Of a stretch of 64,000 nt of DNA, positions 60,888-64,000 are shown in pieces. The stretch is from assembly GCF_001447785.1 (NCBI RefSeq), contig NW_015165833.1:868608-932607 (forward strand), written 5' to 3'. The position numbers were made by a program, and so were the translations under genes. The notes under the pieces are model-generated. The model was not told the origin of the DNA and did no database searches. It was given only the letters and a program-made list of their open reading frames with translations. Source of the DNA: Gekko japonicus (Eukaryota). Each line of letters begins with the position of its first letter. Position 1 is the stretch's first letter.

Positions 60888-61218
60888 TAGGGTTGCCAAG
60901 TCCCCCTGGGAGGGCGAATTTCCCCCCGCTTTGGAGACCCGATTTCCACCCCAGTGGAATCGGGCCCCGGGGGAAACCCCACCCCCATGTGCACGTCACC
61001 CGGATGTGACGTCATGATGCCGGGCACGCTGGGGGCGGGGCCACAGCCATTTGAGGGGAAAACTCTATGTTTTCCCCTCAAATGGCTGTGGCCCCGCCCC
61101 CAGCGTGCCCGGTGTGATGACGTCACATCCGGGCAGCGCACGCGCGCTTCGCTTGCACGCACTCAGGACGCCGGGCAGGAGCCCCCCGCTGCCAGGTAAA
61201 AAACATTTGGCAACCCTA
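60888..61218. mobile_element. Young hAT Blackjack-like MITE with a perfect internal palindrome
   Basis: TIR tagggttgccaa/ttggcaacccta; perfect TSD ctgtggac. Confidence 0.95.
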
Positions 61219-61432
61219 CTGTGGACTGGACTATAGGACAGTTCGGTGGATAGGGAACTGGTTAAAGGACTGCACCCAAAGAGTGGTGGTCAATGGCATT
61301 TCATCAGATTGGAGGGAGGTGTCCAGTGGGGTGCTGCAGGGCTCAGTTTTGGGCCCGGTACTTTTCAATATTTTTATCAATGATCTGTATGAATGGGTAG
61401 AAGGGCTACTCGTTAAATTTGCTGATGATACC

Positions 61433-62590
61433 TGTGGAGAAATGCCATTTTATGGATATGCTTAAGTTGCTATGGGCCTAGGGTTGCCAAGTACTTACCG
61501 CAATCTGGCGGGGGACACATGCTCCCCGGCCGGAACATTTCTCCTTGTAACGCACCATGCCGTCACCAGGAAATGACACTGGGTGACGCTCTGGCAATGG
61601 GGCTGAAAACTCGATGGTACCATCGCATTTCTGGCCCCATTGCCAGAGCGTCGCTTGCGTCACTTCCTGGCGACGGCATGGTGCGGCACATCTGTTGTCC
61701 CCGCAGGAATGATCCTGCGAAGATGTCTTCGTCCCCTGCCGAATCACGGTAAGTACTTGGGAAGCCCGTGTGGGCCAGATAGAAGGAGACGATCAAACTT
61801 GAGGTAGGCCTTGGCCTAGTCTCCTCCTCATTCCCCCCTCCCCTCCTGTCTCCAACCAGTAATCTGAGGGCAGCTCCCTAGAGAGGACAGGAAGTCCATT
61901 GTGGTGGTGATGAGATCTGCCCCAGAATGCTGCAGGAGGGAGAGCCAGTTCCTGGGTGGGAAACTGTTTTTCGATATAGTGGAGCTTTTGGGTGGGAAGC
62001 CAGTTCCGTAAGCAGTCAGAAGTCTGAAGCCAGTCAGACTTTTGGTTGGAGTCTGAAGGAGGCAGAGGCCGCTTTGGGAGTCATGCTGATCCAACTTTCC
62101 CCAATGAAGTGAAATAATGTACCTGCCCTGCAGACCATTTAAATAGTGCCTGAGTGCAGAGAAGGGAGAGATGGAGTGTTTTGGTCACCTTTATTTTGTT
62201 CACTGTTGGTATGCCTGTAAATAGTTAAGTTCTTGAATGAATCCTTTAACTGTTAACGGGGAGAAGTCCCTCTGTAATGCATAGTTCCCCCAGCCGCTTT
62301 GAAACACTAGGGGTGGGTTGGGGACTCCCTGAGGAGAACAAGGACAAAATGGCCAGTTGCCAACTCTCCAGGGGAGCCACGAAGATTGCCAGAAAGCCCC
62401 GAGGTGGGTTCCTAGTGACACCGGAGGGAGGTTATGAGGCTGTTCCGCCTAACCAGAGCCCAAGACAGGGACAGTGGTGGCAGCAATACCGGAGGCAATG
62501 GAGAAAAACTGTCCCTTCAGGTGCCAGGTCAGGCAAAGGAGGGGTGGGCAGAGTGGGGCCTGCCAGCTGACGCAGTCCCATTCCACTACA
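61433..62590. mobile_element. Solo LTR inserted in the CR1 FADDT motif
   Basis: TG...CA termini; 5-bp TSD atacc (61428-61432 and 62591-62595); CR1 frame resumes after it. Confidence 0.85.
61479..61768. mobile_element. hAT Blackjack-like MITE nested in the LTR
   Basis: TIR core ccaagtacttaccg at both ends; TSD tatgggcc/tgtgggcc. Confidence 0.85.
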
Positions 62591-63628
62591 ATACCAAATT
62601 GGGAGAAGTAGCAAACACCCAAGAAGATAGAGTTAAAATTCAACAAAACCTGAATACTCTGAAGCAGTGGGCAGTTGCGAACAGGATGCAATTCAGCAAA
62701 GATAAATGCACAGTATTACACCTGGGCCACAAAAATGTCAAGCACAAATACTGGATGGGGGATACGTTTCTAGGGAGTAGTGTATGCGAAAGAGCTCTTG
62801 GGGTAATGGTGGACGTAAACTAAATATGAGCAGTCAGTGTGGAAAAAAAGGCAAATTCAGTCTTGGGTTGTATTAAGTGGGCCATAGCATCGAAATTGCA
62901 GGAGGTCATAGTTCCTCTGTATACTGCCTTAATCAGGCCGCACCTTGAGTACTGTGTGCAGTTCCGGAGGCCTCACTTCAAAAAGGATGTGGACAAAATC
63001 GAGAGAGTGCAGAAGAGAGCGATGAGGAAAGGCTAAGGGCCTTGGGAAAGTTTAGTTTGGAGAAGAGGAGATTGAGGGGGGACATGATTGCTCTCTTTAA
63101 ATATTTGAAAGGCTGTCATTTGGAGGAGGGCAAGGAGCTGTTCCAGTTGGCAGCAGAGGTTGGACCCGAAGCAATGGGTTTAAATTACATGCAGAAAGGT
63201 ATCGGCTGGATTTTAGGAAAAACTTTTTCATGGTCAGAGTGGTTCGAAGGTGGAATCAACTGCCTAGGTAGGTGGTTAGCTCTCCTTCACTGACAGCTTT
63301 CAAGAAGAGGCTGGACGAATATTTGTCAGAGATGCTTTAGACTGGTCCTGCATTGGGCAGGGGGTTGGACTAGATGGTCTGTATGGCCCCTTTCAACTCT
63401 ATGATTCTGTGATTCTTCCATCCCTGTTCTCAAGCTCACTGGCTAATGAGATGGGGCTCTGTTGTTCGCTTCTTCTTCCCAGAATTCAAATGCTGTGGGC
63501 TTAACATCTGCAGCAATTAAACTGTGTGTCTCTCCACATCTAACACCAAAGGCTGGCAAGACAGGAGCTTAAAGTCTTGACGTGGAAAACCTGCCTTTTT
63601 CCACCTTCACTTTTTGTAACATTTAGCC

Positions 63629-64000
63629 ATGGGGTGTCAAACATATGGCCCATGGGCCGGAACCATCCCATCAAGGGTTCTTATCCGGCCCATGAGCAAC
63701 TGGTCATTACTTTTATTGCCAGATGACGGAGGCTGTGCATTGTGTCCCTGTATACTGTCCCAGTTCTAATGAGTAATGGGCGGTGGAAGAGGGAGGGTGG
63801 GCATCAGGGAGATACTGTAAAGCAATACTGTAAGTGTGTTAATGTTTTTAAGCATGTTTGTATTTTGACCAATTGGGTTTGCCTGTGTCCTTTATAAAGT
63901 TCATATCTCTAGTACCTGGCATTACATGTTATGGCACACTTGATCCAGCCTGACAAAGTGTCATTTATGTCAGATCTGGCCCTCATAACTAATGAGTTTG
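63629..64000. mobile_element. hAT (Charlie-like) MITE running off the window end
   Basis: ggggtgtcaaacatatggccc left end; gagtttg at the window edge is the start of the right TIR. Confidence 0.7.

Larger units (their letters stand above)
60800..63416 (+). mobile_element. CR1 LINE 3' part (RT to 3' end), interrupted by a MITE and a solo LTR
   Basis: [41 protein letters not shown]|[20 protein letters not shown]; tail ctatgattctgtgattct. Confidence 0.95.

Noticed and set aside
1-64000. Prokaryotic-type systems (operons, CRISPR, defence islands)
   Set aside because: The sequence is vertebrate non-coding DNA with no dense ORFs or repeat-spacer arrays

Overview
Vertebrate nuclear DNA, almost certainly squamate and probably gecko. 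The evidence is Sauria SINEs, Squam3/MIR-type SINEs with (CTT)n tails, and lizard-type CR1 and L2 LINEs. I recognise no host protein-coding exon, true tRNA/rRNA gene or CRISPR array, and nearly all ORFs in the track are spurious or transposon remnants. The window looks like a long intron (inferred + strand host) or a gene desert. Unique AT-rich enhancer-like blocks are interleaved with a dense, heavily nested TE landscape: CR1, L2, RTE-X, L1, a chromodomain Gypsy remnant, three solo LTRs, Penelope-type fold-backs with hammerhead-like cores, four SINE types and many hAT MITEs with readable 8-bp TSDs. The most notable observations are: (1) a ~1.7-kb ORF1-only 'half-L1' that can be rebuilt after removing two TSD-flanked L2 insertions; (2) module swapping among SINEs, namely a CR1-ORF2-end::Sauria chimera present twice with the same junction, a Sauria-headed SINE with an L2-type tail, and ~20 copies of a 5S-rRNA-headed SINE with an RTE tail; (3) the apparent CpG island at 54.3-55.4 kb is entirely a young hAT element (perfect TIRs and 8-bp TSD) that may carry captured host DNA. 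Family names come from motif recognition, not database searches. Boundaries without a stated TSD are approximate.
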